Shown one piece after another: positions 1 to 11,079 of a stretch of 20,000 nucleotides of DNA. Location: positions 6,891,789 through 6,911,788 of the forward strand of contig NC_057750.1 of assembly GCF_004010195.1 (NCBI RefSeq), read 5' to 3'. Below the pieces are notes generated by a model. That model made no database searches, was not told the DNA's origin, and saw only the letters and a list, made by a program, of their open reading frames with translations. The translations under genes were made by a program, and so were the position numbers. Numbering within the stretch: position 1 is the stretch's first letter; each line of letters opens with the position of its first letter. This DNA is from Chiloscyllium plagiosum (Eukaryota).

Positions 1-49
1 CTTGTTGGGCTGAAGGGCCTGTTTCCACACTGTAGGCAATCTAATCTAG
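1..49 (+). mobile_element. 3' end of HE1-like tRNA-SINE (truncated by window edge)
   Basis: gggctgaagggcctgtttccacactgtagg..aatctaatcta is the reverse complement of the tail of the SINE at 1274-1320. Confidence 0.8.
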
Positions 50-50
50 T

Positions 51-197
51 ATAAAAAGGACCTTAGGGGCAACATTTTCACACAGAGGGTGGTATGTGTA
101 TGGAATGAGCTGCCAGAGGAAGTGGTGGAGGCTGGCACAATTACAACATTTAAAAGGCATCTGGATGGGTAGATGAAAAGGAAGGGTTTAGAGGGAA
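51..197 (+). mobile_element. CR1 LINE 3' fragment
   Basis: Near-identical to 6387-6520 (ttcacacagagggtggt..tggaatgagctgccagaggaagtggtggaggctgg..acatttaaaaggcatctggatggg). Confidence 0.9.
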
Positions 198-624
198 ACT
201 AACAAATTAACTTGAGTCGCAAGAACAAAGGGGCGAGGTATGACAGGAATTCCACAGAAAATTTAGAGAATGTTACACTTACCTTCCTCACCTGCAAGCT
301 GTTTTACTCAGTAATTAACTCTGCTTGTCTCCTGTTCCTTCGAGGCTGTCATTTTAAAACCTGAAGGTCCTAATCCTGCAATATGCTTGTTTCTTGAATT
401 TGAAAAGTAAGGCTTTGCTTTTTGATCATTTTAAGTTTAGCTCGATCGAGTATGGACGTTAAAGATGTTTATTGAATAGACAGGAAAGCTGGTCATTTTC
501 GATATGCTACTTAGCATCAGTGCTGGGCCAGAGTTTTGGATGGGGTGGGCTGTTATATTGTTAATCATCCATTGACTGAAACAGGAGTCAGTCTGTCGGC
601 CACAACTGCATTTCATTGTTCAAT

Positions 625-652
625 TCAAACATCAAACTGCTTTATCCACTTC
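625..652 (-). CDS. Candidate terminal coding exon of unidentified host gene, (R)KWIKQFDV*
   Basis: Minus strand ttgcag|G AAG TGG ATA AAG CAG TTT GAT GTT TGA; phase 2 matches the end of exon 11080-11209; minus-strand AATAAA at 468-473; the acceptor pyrimidine tract is weak. Confidence 0.3.
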
Positions 653-739
653 CTGCAATCCCTTTTAGTCAGAATTTTTTTAAAAAAAACAAGCCTTTAA
701 ATATATGATCATCTGCTCTCTGTTATTGAGATTAAAATG

Positions 740-862
740 GTGTTGGAAAGGTATGGGGGAGAAAGTAGGAGATTGGCATTTGGAAATGATGCTCATTTGA
801 AGAGACGGTATAGGTGCGATGGAATGAATGGCCTCCTTCAGGGCTGTAACACTTCTGTGGTT
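740..862 (+). mobile_element. Old CR1-like 3' UTR remnant
   Basis: aggtatggggga...gatggaatgaatggcctccttc..gctgtaa resembles the CR1 3' ends elsewhere in the window. Confidence 0.4.
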
Positions 863-1273
863 TCAGCAGCATGCCTCGGCTCATTCTTAAAGGGACCGTC
901 ACTTGCAACATTGTCAGAGGACTGCGTACTGAATGGAATGAGGTCAGCCAGCTGGTCCTTACAGAATCTGAGGAGAAAGTAGGGACTGCAGATGCTGGAG
1001 AGTCAGGTTCGAAGAGTGTGGCGCTGGAAAAGCACAGCCGGTCAGGCAGCATCCGAGGGGCAAGAGAATCAATGTTTCAAGCATGAGCTCTTCCATGAAA
1101 TGTCAACTCAAGATTCAAGATGGTCTACTGTGAACAGTCTACTGTGTTGGTCTCTGAGCCATACTCCAGGCAAGGTGGGCTCCTACCATCCTCCCGCCAT
1201 TAATCACCCCTGAGGAAAGTCTGTAGTTTAAAATAAATAGAATACCTAGAGCCTCTTTAAATCAGGATTTGGA

Positions 1274-1659
1274 AGATTAGATTACCTACAGTGTGGAAGC
1301 AGGCCCTTCGGCCCAACCAGTCCACACCAACCCTCCGAAGAGTAACCCACTTCCCTCTGACTAATGCACCTAATGGCACTATGGGCAATTTAGCATGGCC
1401 AATTCACCTGACCTGCACATCTTTGGACTGTGGGAGGAAACTGGAGCACCCAGAGGAAACCCACACAGACACAGGGAGAATGTGCAAACTTCACACAGAC
1501 AGTCGCCCGAGGCTGGAATCGAATCTGGGACCCTGGTGCTAACCACCGAGACAGCAGTGCTAACCACTTGAGCAACTGTGCCACCCGTATCTTGAGCAAC
1601 TGTGCCACCCCTTCGTGCTGTGAGACAGCAGTGCTAACCACTGAGCCACCGTGCACCCT
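1274..1659 (-). mobile_element. HE1-like tRNA-derived SINE, full length, inserted in the L1 5' UTR
   Basis: Minus strand A box tggctcagtggttagca, B box gattcgattcc, CR1-like tail ending aatctaatct; 8-bp TSD gatttgga 1266-1273 / 1660-1667. Confidence 0.92.
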
Positions 1660-1673
1660 GATTTGGAGCTAAT

Positions 1674-2524
1674 ATGAAGATGTTGAAATGAAAAGGGCCT
1701 AGGGGAGAGCAGCAAGCAGGGCACTCCCCTACTACATCGGGTACACCCACGGCCGTTACCTATACTCCTTAGGCGGTGCCCTTGAGTTCAATGGAGCAGC
1801 AGCAGTTACTAACGGAGTTTACAAAACTCCGTGAAAAGATTGAGGGAGTGCTGGAACCAATCACTGCCATGTTGGCGAACCTGAGCAGGAGACCCAGGCT
1901 TTGGATCAGCACATGGAGGCGATGAAGCAGAGGACTGCAGCCTCAGAGGGCGCGACGGAGAGCTCCGAGGGGTGGGTCTGAACCCTGAAGGCCAGGTTGG
2001 GCCCTGCAGGAACAAGTTGATGACCTCGAAAATCGAGGTCAGAGAAAAAAAATCTACACATCTTGGGCTTACTGGAATGTGAAGAAGGTGAAAACCTCGC
2101 TGACTTCCTCGAGGGTCGACTTCCAGGGTTGCTGGGCTGGGAGATTGAGTTAGGCCAGGTCAGTGTGGAGTGGGCCTACCAGATCGCATTGTGCAGATCC
2201 AGGTGGGCCCAGCGCCCCTGTCCAGTCCTAGTGCGACTCCAGCATTACAAGAAAAAGCACTTAATAATAGAAACAGCCAGAAGACTGGGAAAAGATCCAC
2301 AGGCTTTGGCTTATAAAGGCTCGAAAATAATGTTTTTCATTAGTTTTCTGGGGCTATAATTAAGAAAAGGAAGGTCTTTGATAGTGTAAAGAAAAAAACT
2401 GAGAGATTTAAACATTCAATACTCTCTGAGGTAACCTGCAGAGCTATGTTTCAGTTATGGGGGATCTGTCTACAACTTCGATTTGGCAGAAAATGTAAAA
2501 GGATGTTTGGACTCGCTGCAATGA
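1674..2524 (+). pseudogene. L1 ORF1 (coiled coil, RRM, CTD), with frameshifts and stops
   Basis: QEQVDDLENRGQRKK..ILGLLECEEGENLADFLE..PVLVRLQHYKKK..YKGSKIMFF..YSLR*PAEL is the L1 ORF1p pattern. Confidence 0.85.
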
Positions 2525-2823
2525 TAGATTTTGGCCAAGAAGGAAGAAAAGAGGTGAATGGACAATGGCATAGTATAAAACTTTTCTTTTGTATCTTCTT
2601 TCTCTTTGTTCTTTTCCCTTTTGTGGTTTCAGGCTTTATAGGCTTGATATTGCTCAGGTGTAAAGTCCGGTGTGTTTTATATTATATCTGTTTTGAGGTT
2701 ATTAATTATTCTATTGTTCTGTTTTGCTGGGTGAGGGGTGGTTACTCCTTTGTTCTAAAGATGTGTGGGGTTGAGATGAGGAGGGGGAGGGGTGGCCATC
2801 CATTGTTAACTGGTGGGAGTGTA

Positions 2824-2847
2824 AATAATAATAATAATAATAATAAT
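2824..2847 (+). repeat. (AAT)8 microsatellite in the L1 inter-ORF spacer
   Basis: Read directly from the sequence. Confidence 0.95.
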
Positions 2848-4603
2848 ATGTGCTTTTTTCCATTGCTTGGGTTTTGGGTGCGGTCTTATCTGGAAGGTGT
2901 TCGGATGGTTATGAAGTTGGGAGTGAATGCCCCCTATGGGCAAGGCGGGGTGGGGGGAATCTCTGGAAATTTGTGTTTATTTGTTTAAGTTAGGAGTAGA
3001 GGTTAGTTTGTTTAGTTTTGGTAGTTCTAGTAGTGCTATTGGAATAGTCTTCAGATTTGATAAAGTCTGTTTTTTCTCCACTCGTCGCACATTGAATGGG
3101 CTTTCTCTTCGCTGGGGACTACGGGCTGTAGTGTGCGGTCATGGGTAGTGATCAGTTCAGGTGGTGCACCTGGAATATAAAGGGAAGCCACTCCCCAATA
3201 AAAGGAAAAAGGTGTTCTCAAATCTTAAAGAAGAAATGGTTGACATTGCGCTGTTGCAAGAGACACATCTGACTGATAGGGAACATCTGAATTTACAGCA
3301 GGCAGGGATATGATAGGCTACTCCTTTCCTCCTTTAACTAAAGTAGAGGAGTGGCCATACTGGTATGAAAGAACCTCCTATTCCAGGTGACAGATCAAAT
3401 CAAGGATGACTATAGACGGTTCGTCATTCATGAGGCGCTGATACACGGAGAAGAGTATAGCATCCTGAATGTTTACTGTCCCCCAGCACACCCTCTCAAG
3501 TTTTTACTTGATGCAGTTGCTAAGTTAATGGCTCTTGGGGCGCGCCATACAATTATTGGAGGGGACTTTAATGGACCCTGGGGTAGACAAGATACCAAAA
3601 GGGCTGTCGGGTACACCTCAGCAGTCTAGACAGTTAGTGGACTTGTGTAAGGAACTGGGGCTAGTGGATGTGTGGAGGAATCTCCACCTAAACGGAAGGG
3701 AGTTTACCTTCTCCTCCAGCCCACACAAGTGCCACACAGAACTGATATGTTCGTTGTCCCGTCGGTTTGTTCAGATTTGGTATTAGCTTGCAGAATTGGG
3801 AGCATAACTATTTCGGACCCTGCGGCAGTATACTTAGATGTCATGACCAACGGTAGTGGGGCAGGCACACGGTAGTGGGGTGCATGGATCCGTTTTTGAT
3901 GAAGGATGGCAACTTTGTTCACAATGGAGTTCATGACTTTTTGGGACATCATTCGGGGTATGGCCGGCAATCCATCAGTGCTCTGGGAGACCACCAGAGC
4001 ATTCTTAAGGGGTATGAGAAGGCGAAGGAGCTGGAGGGGGGAGCAGCGGCGGATGCTTGAGGCCTAGTTGAAGGCAGCCAAGTCGGCATATTACACCAGA
4101 CCATCCGTGGTCAAATTACAACGGGTCATGGCTCTCTGGGCTGCTCTGGACTCAGTGCTCACACAAGTGGCGAAGAGAGGGGTCTCCTTTGCAAAGCAAT
4201 GGCTGTTTGAGTATGGGGATAAGCCAGGTGGATACCTGGCTTACCAGGCTAGGAAGGAAAGTGCTCCACAATCCACACTGTCGATCAGGGAGTGAGCCGG
4301 TAACGTCAATCGCGAATTGAGGAATATCAATGCCAGATTCCAGGAGTTTTATACAGATGTGGGGATGAAAATGCAAGGATGGAATCCTTCTTGGAAAACT
4401 TGGACCTCCCTGGTATAAACGCAAATCAAGCCTCCCTTTTAAATGCAGCTCTAACAGTGCAGGAGGTGCAGGAGGTGGTAATGCAGCTCCAAGGTGGTAA
4501 GGCACCCAGTCCAGGCGGATTCCCGAGTGAATTTTACAAGGGGTTCATATACATGTTGGCTGAACCACTGCTGGAGATGTATAGTCACTCATATAACCAG
4601 GAC

Positions 4604-6625
4604 AGGATGTTCAGGTATTTGGAAAGGCAAGGTCCGATTAGGGATAGTCAGTATGGCTTTGTGTGTGGGAAATCATGTCTCACAAACTTGATTGAGTTTT
4701 TTTGAAGAAGTAACTGCAAGCGGGCATCAGAGCCATCCCGCATTTGCCACGGGACTTTGCCTACATCGGTAAAACTATAGGAATTCATTTTGTGTTTTAA
4801 ACGGCAGCCGCAGCTTAAACCCACAGAACTCAGCAGCTGCCGGTCCGCCCACGTGACCGGGAGATGGGAGCCAGAGGATAGATCACATTCACACTAGGCC
4901 AGACACTAACCATGACTCATAGACCGAAACTCCGGAGCTAATTAATATGGAAACCCATCTCCTAATCACATCAAGAGACTGACTGAAACACACCCATATT
5001 CATTAATACAGAACCATCCTGACACAAAGGACAGGCATCCACCAGACAGGAACGATCAGACTAATACACACCAGCACCCCAAGGGAACAAAGGGGGGTGC
5101 TAGCCCCCAGCCCTCACAGAGAGAAACAAGCAGATAGTACCCGGATCCGTTTACATAATCCAATTAGCACCCTATTGTGTCTACACTCCTGGGACAGCAG
5201 GAAACCCACCATTTGCACCTACTCCAGCGATGATGGGGAACTATCATCCCATTCATACTCAAAATCCTCACATCCTGACAAAGAAAGGTATATAATGTGT
5301 AGCAGTGCGCGGGAACAGCAGAACAGACGAGATTCGGACCTCGGTTGGTCTCCGCTGGCGTTACTGTATCAATAAACGTTACCGATTGTTGAACTGCACT
5401 CTGGGCTCGGACTGATATCATTTCATCCGCGCTAACATAACAAAGAGGATTAATGAGGGCAGAGCAGTAGATGTGATCTATACAGACTTCAGTAAGGTGT
5501 TTGACAAGGCTCCCCATGGGAGACTGGTTAGCAAGGTTAGATCTCATGGAATAAAGGGAGGCCTAGCCATTTGGATACAGAACTGGCTCAAAGTTAGAAG
5601 ACAGAGGGTGTTGGTGGAGGGTTGTTTTTCAGACTGGAGGCCTGTGACCAGTGGAGTGCCACAAGGATCGGTGCTGGCTCCACTACTTTTCGTTATTTAC
5701 ATAAATGATTTGGATGCGAGCATAAGAGGTACAGTTAGTAAGTTTGAAGATGACCCCAAAATTGGAGGTGTAGTGGACAGCGAAGACGGTTACCTCAGAT
5801 TACAATGGGATCTTGATCAGATGGACCAATGGGCTGATAAGTGGCAGATGGAGTTTAATTCAGATAAATGTGAGGTGCTGCATTTTGGGAAAGCAAATCT
5901 TAGCAGGACTTATACACTTAATAGTAAGGTCTTAGAGACCTTGGAGTGCAGGTTCACAGCTCCTTGAAAGTGGAGTCGCAGGTAGATAAAATAGTGAAGA
6001 AGGCGTATGTATGCTTTCTTTTATTGGTCAGAGTACTGAGCACAGGATTTGGGAGGTCATGTTGTGGCTGTACAGGACATTGGTTAGGCCACTGTTGGAA
6101 TATTGCGTACAATTCTGGTGTCCTTCCTATCAGAAGGATGTTGTGAAACTTGAAAGGATTCAGAAAAGATTTACAAGGATGTTGTCAGGGTTGGAGGATT
6201 TGAGCTATAGGGAGAGGTTGAATAGGCTGGGGCTGTTTTCCCTGGAGCATCAGAGGATGAGGGGTGACCTTATAGAGGTTTATAAAATCATGAGGTGGGG
6301 TAGATAGGATAAATAGACAAAGTCTCTTCCCTGGGGTGGGGGAGTATAGAACTGGAGGACATAGGTTTAGGGTGAGAGAGGAAAGATATAAAAGAGACCT
6401 TTTTCACACAGAGGGTGGTGTGTGTCTGGAATGAGCTGCCAGAGGAAGTGGTGGAGGCTGGTACAATTACAACATTTAAAAGGCATCTGGATGGGTATAT
6501 GAATAGGAAGGGTTTAGTGGGATATGGGCCAAGTGCTAGTAAATGGGACTAGATTAGTTTAGGATATCTGGTCGGCATGACCGAAGGGTCTGTTTTCATG
6601 CTGTACGTCTCTGTGACTCTATGAC
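4604..6625 (+). mobile_element. 5'-truncated CR1 (HER1-like) LINE inserted in L1 ORF2
   Basis: DSQYGFVCGKSCLTNLIEFF, DFSKVFDKAPH, SGVPQGSVLAPLLF, KFEDDPK, LVRPLLEYCVQFW; tail ctctgtgactctatgac; the L1 frame HSYNQD|CFPSSLREA rejoins across it. Confidence 0.93.
4715..5437 (+). mobile_element. Solo LTR (723 bp) inserted in the CR1
   Basis: TG...CA ends with imperfect inverted termini (TGCAAGCG / CGCTAACA); 4-bp TSD TAAC 4711-4714 / 5438-5441; TATATAA at 5289; AATAAA at 5371; CR1 frame EEVT|KRINEGRAVDV rejoins. Confidence 0.92.
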
Positions 6626-7607
6626 TGTTTTCCGTCCTCTCTTAGGGAGGCTAATATCTCCCTTATCTTAAAGAAAGGGAAAGACCCCAAGGATTGCGCA
6701 TCATACAGACCCATCTTATTGTTGAATGTGGATTTTAAAATTCTATCAAAGGTGTTGGCTCTGAGGTTGGAGACGGTGCTGCCCATTATTATAAAAAAGG
6801 ACCAGGCGGGTATTTATCAAGGGCTGCAGCTCCTCCACAATATCAGGCAGGTGTTGAATATCATGCAAATATGTCAGCAGAGAACAGTTCCAGGTTTGGT
6901 CGTCTCCTGGATACAGAAGAGGCTTTTGATCGGGTGGAATGGTCGTATCTCTTTGCTGTTCTGGATCGTTTTGGTCTGGGAGGGGCCTTCGTCTGGTGGG
7001 TGGCAGTGTTATATAAAGACCCCAAGGCGACAGTTGTCACAAATGGGGTTAAATTGCGCAACGTTGGTGTGGGGAGGGGTAGCCAACCAGGATCCCCTTG
7101 TCGTCGCTACTGTTCACCTTGGTACTTGAACCACTGGTGGAGAATATCCAAAAAGACCCTGAAATAACAGCATTGGAAATGAGAGTTGGGGAACACAAAA
7201 TCATTCTCTGTGTGGACGAGGTCCTTTTGTTTTTAGCTAACCAAAAAAAAAAATCCACACCCCGGTTAATAAAAAAAACTAAATTATTCAATGGCTACAA
7301 ATGTTACAAAATTGGAGGTCATACCCGTGGGGCGGATGGGTGGTGGAGGTACTGAAGCTGGAAGTCGGAATGGAATTTCCCTTGAGGTGATTACAGAAAG
7401 GTTTTCATCTTTATCTGGGGAATTTTTATTATCCCTCGCTTCCGGTAGCTGTACAGAGCTAACTTTGTGCATCTATTTGAGAGGATCAAGCAGGACTTGC
7501 AGCGATGGGAGGGACTACACATGTCAAGGCTTGGCTGTGTAGCCTTGATTAAAATGAATATTCTTCCTCGGCTGCTATATCCTATGAGGATGCTCCCGTT
7601 ATAATAC

Positions 7608-8255
7608 TGTCACAAAGCTAGTCCCTTTTTTTCTAAAAGCTGTTCCTTGGCTCAAGGATACTCTGTGTTTGATTTTTTTCAGAGGGGTAATAAATCAGGC
7701 CGGGCTCCCATCAGTCTGGTTTGGTACAGAGATGAAAAGGATTTTGAGAGGCCTTTTGTTTATATGTAAACAGATGAGACTTCAGGCCAAAGTGGTCATG
7801 TTTTAGAAGTGACCTGTATAATGAACGGGGAGTAGTCAGCTCTCTCGCTGAGCAGTTTAGTTCAGTCTTGAACTGGTGAGGAGTTCAACATGGAGCTGTG
7901 TGGAAACTCTCTCTCTGTGTCAGTTTCTGCCCTTCAACTTCAACCTGTAAGCATGTGTTCCATTTATATTGGGTTTTAAAGGGAGTTTGATTATCGGGAC
8001 TGTTGTGTATATTCAGAACAGCATAATTAAGTCTCGTTTGGACAGACTGAGTTCTGTAGAGGTTCCTTATTCTGTTCTTTGTGTTTCATTGCGTAATTTT
8101 GTGAATAAACATTTTTCTGTTTTTAAATCTAGTAGTCAACCTAACTAATTTAATCCGGGTAATTTTCATTGTACACTTAGCGAAATAAATTGCAAAGTTA
8201 TGGTCTGAGCTGCCTGCTTCAGAATGTTTTGAGTGGTCTGGCTTCGTCCATAACG
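7608..8255 (+). mobile_element. Solo LTR (648 bp) inserted in L1 ORF2
   Basis: Starts TGTCAC and ends ..ATAACG (CA to CG variant); 4-bp TSD ATAC 7604-7607 / 8256-8259; AATAAA at 8104; L1 frame rejoins (RMLPL*I|PKQVLQ). Confidence 0.88.
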
Positions 8256-10445
8256 ATACCCAAACAGGTTTTGCAGAGGTTTGTGGGATGGCTTGGATCA
8301 TTTATTTGGTGCTGGAGGTATCCCTAAATTAAATTTGCAGCTTCCACAAAATGTAGGGGGAATGGACCTCCCGGATTTGAAGAAATATCAAAGAGGCACT
8401 TTGTTGTCATATGGAGGTGAATGGGTGCACAATGACCCAAAATCGATATGGCTTGATGTGGAGGCCTAGTAGGCAAAGTGTCCCATCATAAACTTACCGT
8501 TCATGGATAAGATGAGGTTGGTGGTTGAGCACTGTGAAAGTCCGATTATCATAACTACGGTAAAAGCATGGAGGATGATGCAGCAGGGTGAGGGCAATTT
8601 GTTTAAGACTTCGCCGTTCACCCAATTAGTGGGAGCCCCAGGATTTAGACTGGGGTCAATGGAGTCCAGCTTCAGAGCTTGGGAGGGTAAAAGAATCTCC
8701 TGTCTGGGAGACCTATTTGAGGGGAAGTCTTGATGTCTTTTTAGCCAATTAGGTCAGAAATACAGAATCCCAAATGGGGACCTTTTCCGATATTTCTAAG
8801 TTAGGGGCACGTACAGAGGAAAACCACGCTCTTGACCCAGCCCCACAAGTCGGATGTAGGACAAAGTGTGCTCTGATGTGGGAACGCTCTCTCAGTCAAT
8901 ACCATATATCATCTGCAGAGAGGGAATGCCTTGGGGGATATGGAGACACTCCAGGAGATTTGGAATCAGGGGTCAGGGGAAGAAATCTCATCGGAAACGT
9001 GGGAGGATATATGGGGGAATGTAAAGAAGATTTTAATATCCAATAAGGCGCAAGCAATGCAATTGAAGCTCCTCCACAGGGCCCATATGGCGCCAGAGAG
9101 ACTAGCAAATTTTAAGAAAGGATCCTCCCCAAAATGTCCCAAATGTTAAAACAGTATTGGCACCCTTACACATTGCTTTTGGTCCTGTAACAAGATCTGT
9201 GGATACTGGGGGGCCATAGTGAATGAGCTGGAGAGGATCCTGGGATCTGGTGTCCCTCCCCTTGGGACTACCAAAGTTTCCCTCTCTGGATGGGCACTGG
9301 AAGAGGTTGTTTAATATCCTGACGCACTGTGCAAGGAAGACGGTCCGAATGAACTGGATATCAGAAAAACCTCCAGGTCTTGCAGGAAGGCATGGACTTG
9401 TGATGGAGCACATCCCTCAGGATTACCTGACAGGTATGGTGCACCACGGAATGGAGCAATTTTATAAGACATGGCAGCCCTTTCTAAATTATATAGACAT
9501 GGATCTGTTGGCGGTATTAATCAGGCCCTTTATATAGCCACAAGGGCTGTATGTGGTGGTCCGGAGTCTCCAGGGATGGGCAGAGAGGCCTAGTAAATCT
9601 GGGTTAAATTACTGTTGCTCCAATGGACGGGAGCTCTGATGGAAGTGCAGTGGGTGGAGCAATGTAATATAATATAGTACAATGTAGTGCAATTTAATTT
9701 TTTGGATTGTAATTTAGTTTAGTGTTATCTCATTTAATTGGAGTATGCGCTAATTTGGTTTAAGTAAATATGCATTGACTGTATCTTGGAGAATAGTAGG
9801 CAGTTTATTGTCAATGTTCCTGTAATAACAATAGCATGATATCATTTCTACGTTTCTGTACTTTTGTACTTTCATAATTTTGTTTTTTTCTGGTTTGTAT
9901 ATTTGTAACAAAAAAAGGGAAAAAATTTTTTTCAATAAATATATCCATTAAAGAAAAGGAAACATCGACTCTCCTGCTTCTCAGATGCTGCCTTACTGGC
10001 TGTGCTTTTCCAGCACCACACTTTTCAACTCACAGAATATGAGTTCCCTGATTGGGGCTGCTAACCTGGTCCAATCAGGGAGCCCTGGCTGACAGATTTA
10101 AACAGGAGTGTCAGGGGTTCTGTTCACTCTGAGAGCTGGCTCTGAGGGAGCTGGACCAGTGTCAAGGACGCACCATGTGTAAGTGAAGGGTGACTTGGTG
10201 GTGGGATACTGGCCTCTGTGGAGCTATTTCAGAGGGGTGACAGTGAGCAATGGGGGAGGGGAGCAGGGGTTGGGAAGAGGGGTATGTGTGTATCTGCATC
10301 CAGAATTTGGGAGACTTATTTAACAAAACATGTTGTGAGTGAGTTGCAAGTCAAAAAGTTCAATACTTTTGGTAATAGTGCTGTATCTTTCTAAAGATGA
10401 CTTTGAAAATAATTCAGCATAAATTCAGGAGGTTGACTGCATCAA

Positions 10446-10692
10446 GTCCAAAGATGCACAGGTTAGGGTGGACTGGCCTTGCTAAATTGTCCCATAGTGC
10501 CCAGGGATGTGCAGGTTAGGGTGGATTGGCCGTGCTAAATTATCCCATAGTGCCCAGGGGTGCGCAGGCTAAGTGTTAGCCATGGGAAATGTTGGTTACA
10601 GTGATGGAGACTGGTTCTGGGTGAAAGGGCCAGTGTGGACTCGATGGGCCAAATGGCATCTTTCTGCATGTAGGCGTTCTATGATTCTATGA
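10446..10692 (+). mobile_element. 5'-truncated HE1-like SINE with a tandemly repeated 53-bp core
   Basis: gatg(ca/tg)caggttagggtgga(c/t)tggcc..gctaaatt..cccatagtgcccagg at 10453 and 10506, partial third copy at 10559; tail ttctatgattctatga. Confidence 0.8.
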
Positions 10693-11079
10693 TGAAGTAA
10701 GCGAGAATGATGAAAGTGCCTCTGAAAATCAGAAAGTGGCCGACATGAAAATCTCATGAGGCGACATGAGATAAGAAGTTATTTTGACATCTGTGCTTCA
10801 GTCTGACTGAGGTCCAGCAGCCACCACAGAGTTCAGAACTAACAATTGGTATTTGCAATTACTCAGTTATCTCCCCCCACCACAAATGACATCTGTGAAC
10901 AATTTTGGTTTCCTTGTTTGAAAAAAATCTATAATTGTTTTAGAAGTAGCCCAGAAAAGATTCACTCATAAGGACGAACAGGTCAGTTATATCGGATGAC
11001 CAGGAGGTAACAATAGATAGTTTACTCGCCATAGGTAGGCGGAAATAACCTCTGGGCCAAATTTAACAGCTCTCCCTAC

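Larger units (their letters stand above)
3141..9537 (+). pseudogene. L1 ORF2 (AP endonuclease, reverse transcriptase, CCHC knuckle), disrupted and interrupted by two insertions
   Basis: TWNIKG, LLQETHL, ILNVYCP, IIGGDFN, LVDVWR (APE); SYRPILLLNVDFKILSK, LDTEEAFDRVEW, LCVDEVLLF (decayed YADD); CPKC*NSIGTLTHCFWSC at 9135-9188. Confidence 0.92.
1110..9958 (+). mobile_element. Full-length, decayed L1-clade LINE
   Basis: 5' caagatggtc (1116-1125), ORF1, ~600-bp G/T-rich spacer, ORF2 (APE-RT-CCHC), AATAAA at 9934-9939 with an A-rich tail; 13-bp TSD 1097-1109 / 9959-9971 differing only by CpG decay. Confidence 0.9.
973..10031. mobile_element. Penelope-like terminal-repeat palindrome split by L1 (left arm 973-1109, right arm 9959-10031)
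   Basis: Left arm gctggaaaagcacagccggtcaggcagcatccgagg and right arm cagatgctgccttactggctgtgcttttccagc are inverted copies of the same family as 12651-12860; TSD acagaatctgag 961-972 / acagaatatgag 10032-10043. Confidence 0.8.
923..10231 (+). mobile_element. Short solo LTR split in two (923-972 and 10032-10231) by nested insertions
   Basis: Halves rejoin across the duplicated acagaat(c/a)tgag; ends ...gagctatttca (CA terminus); CCAAT and TATA-like gatttaaa present; resembles a recalled shark LTR family. The 5' TG start (923 or 930) and its own TSD are unresolved. Confidence 0.6.

Noticed and set aside
278..360. Minus-strand coding exon ending at AAG|gtaagt (donor at ~277-281)
   Set aside because: The donor is good, but all three frames from the nearest acceptors contain stops; at most a non-coding exon, unsupported.
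1500..1659. tRNA gene (also 19158-19230)
   Set aside because: A/B boxes are followed by a SINE body and LINE-like tail, with a TSD for the 1274-1659 copy; these are SINE heads.
2446..2988. 180-aa hydrophobic ORF as a membrane protein or L1 third ORF
   Set aside because: Artefact of the G/T-rich L1 spacer and an AAT microsatellite (poly-N); it overlaps ORF1 out of frame and has no recognisable domain.
3141..9537. Active L1 or a novel two-RT fusion element
   Set aside because: Many stops and frameshifts, catalytic YADD decayed to CVDE; the second RT is a separate nested CR1.
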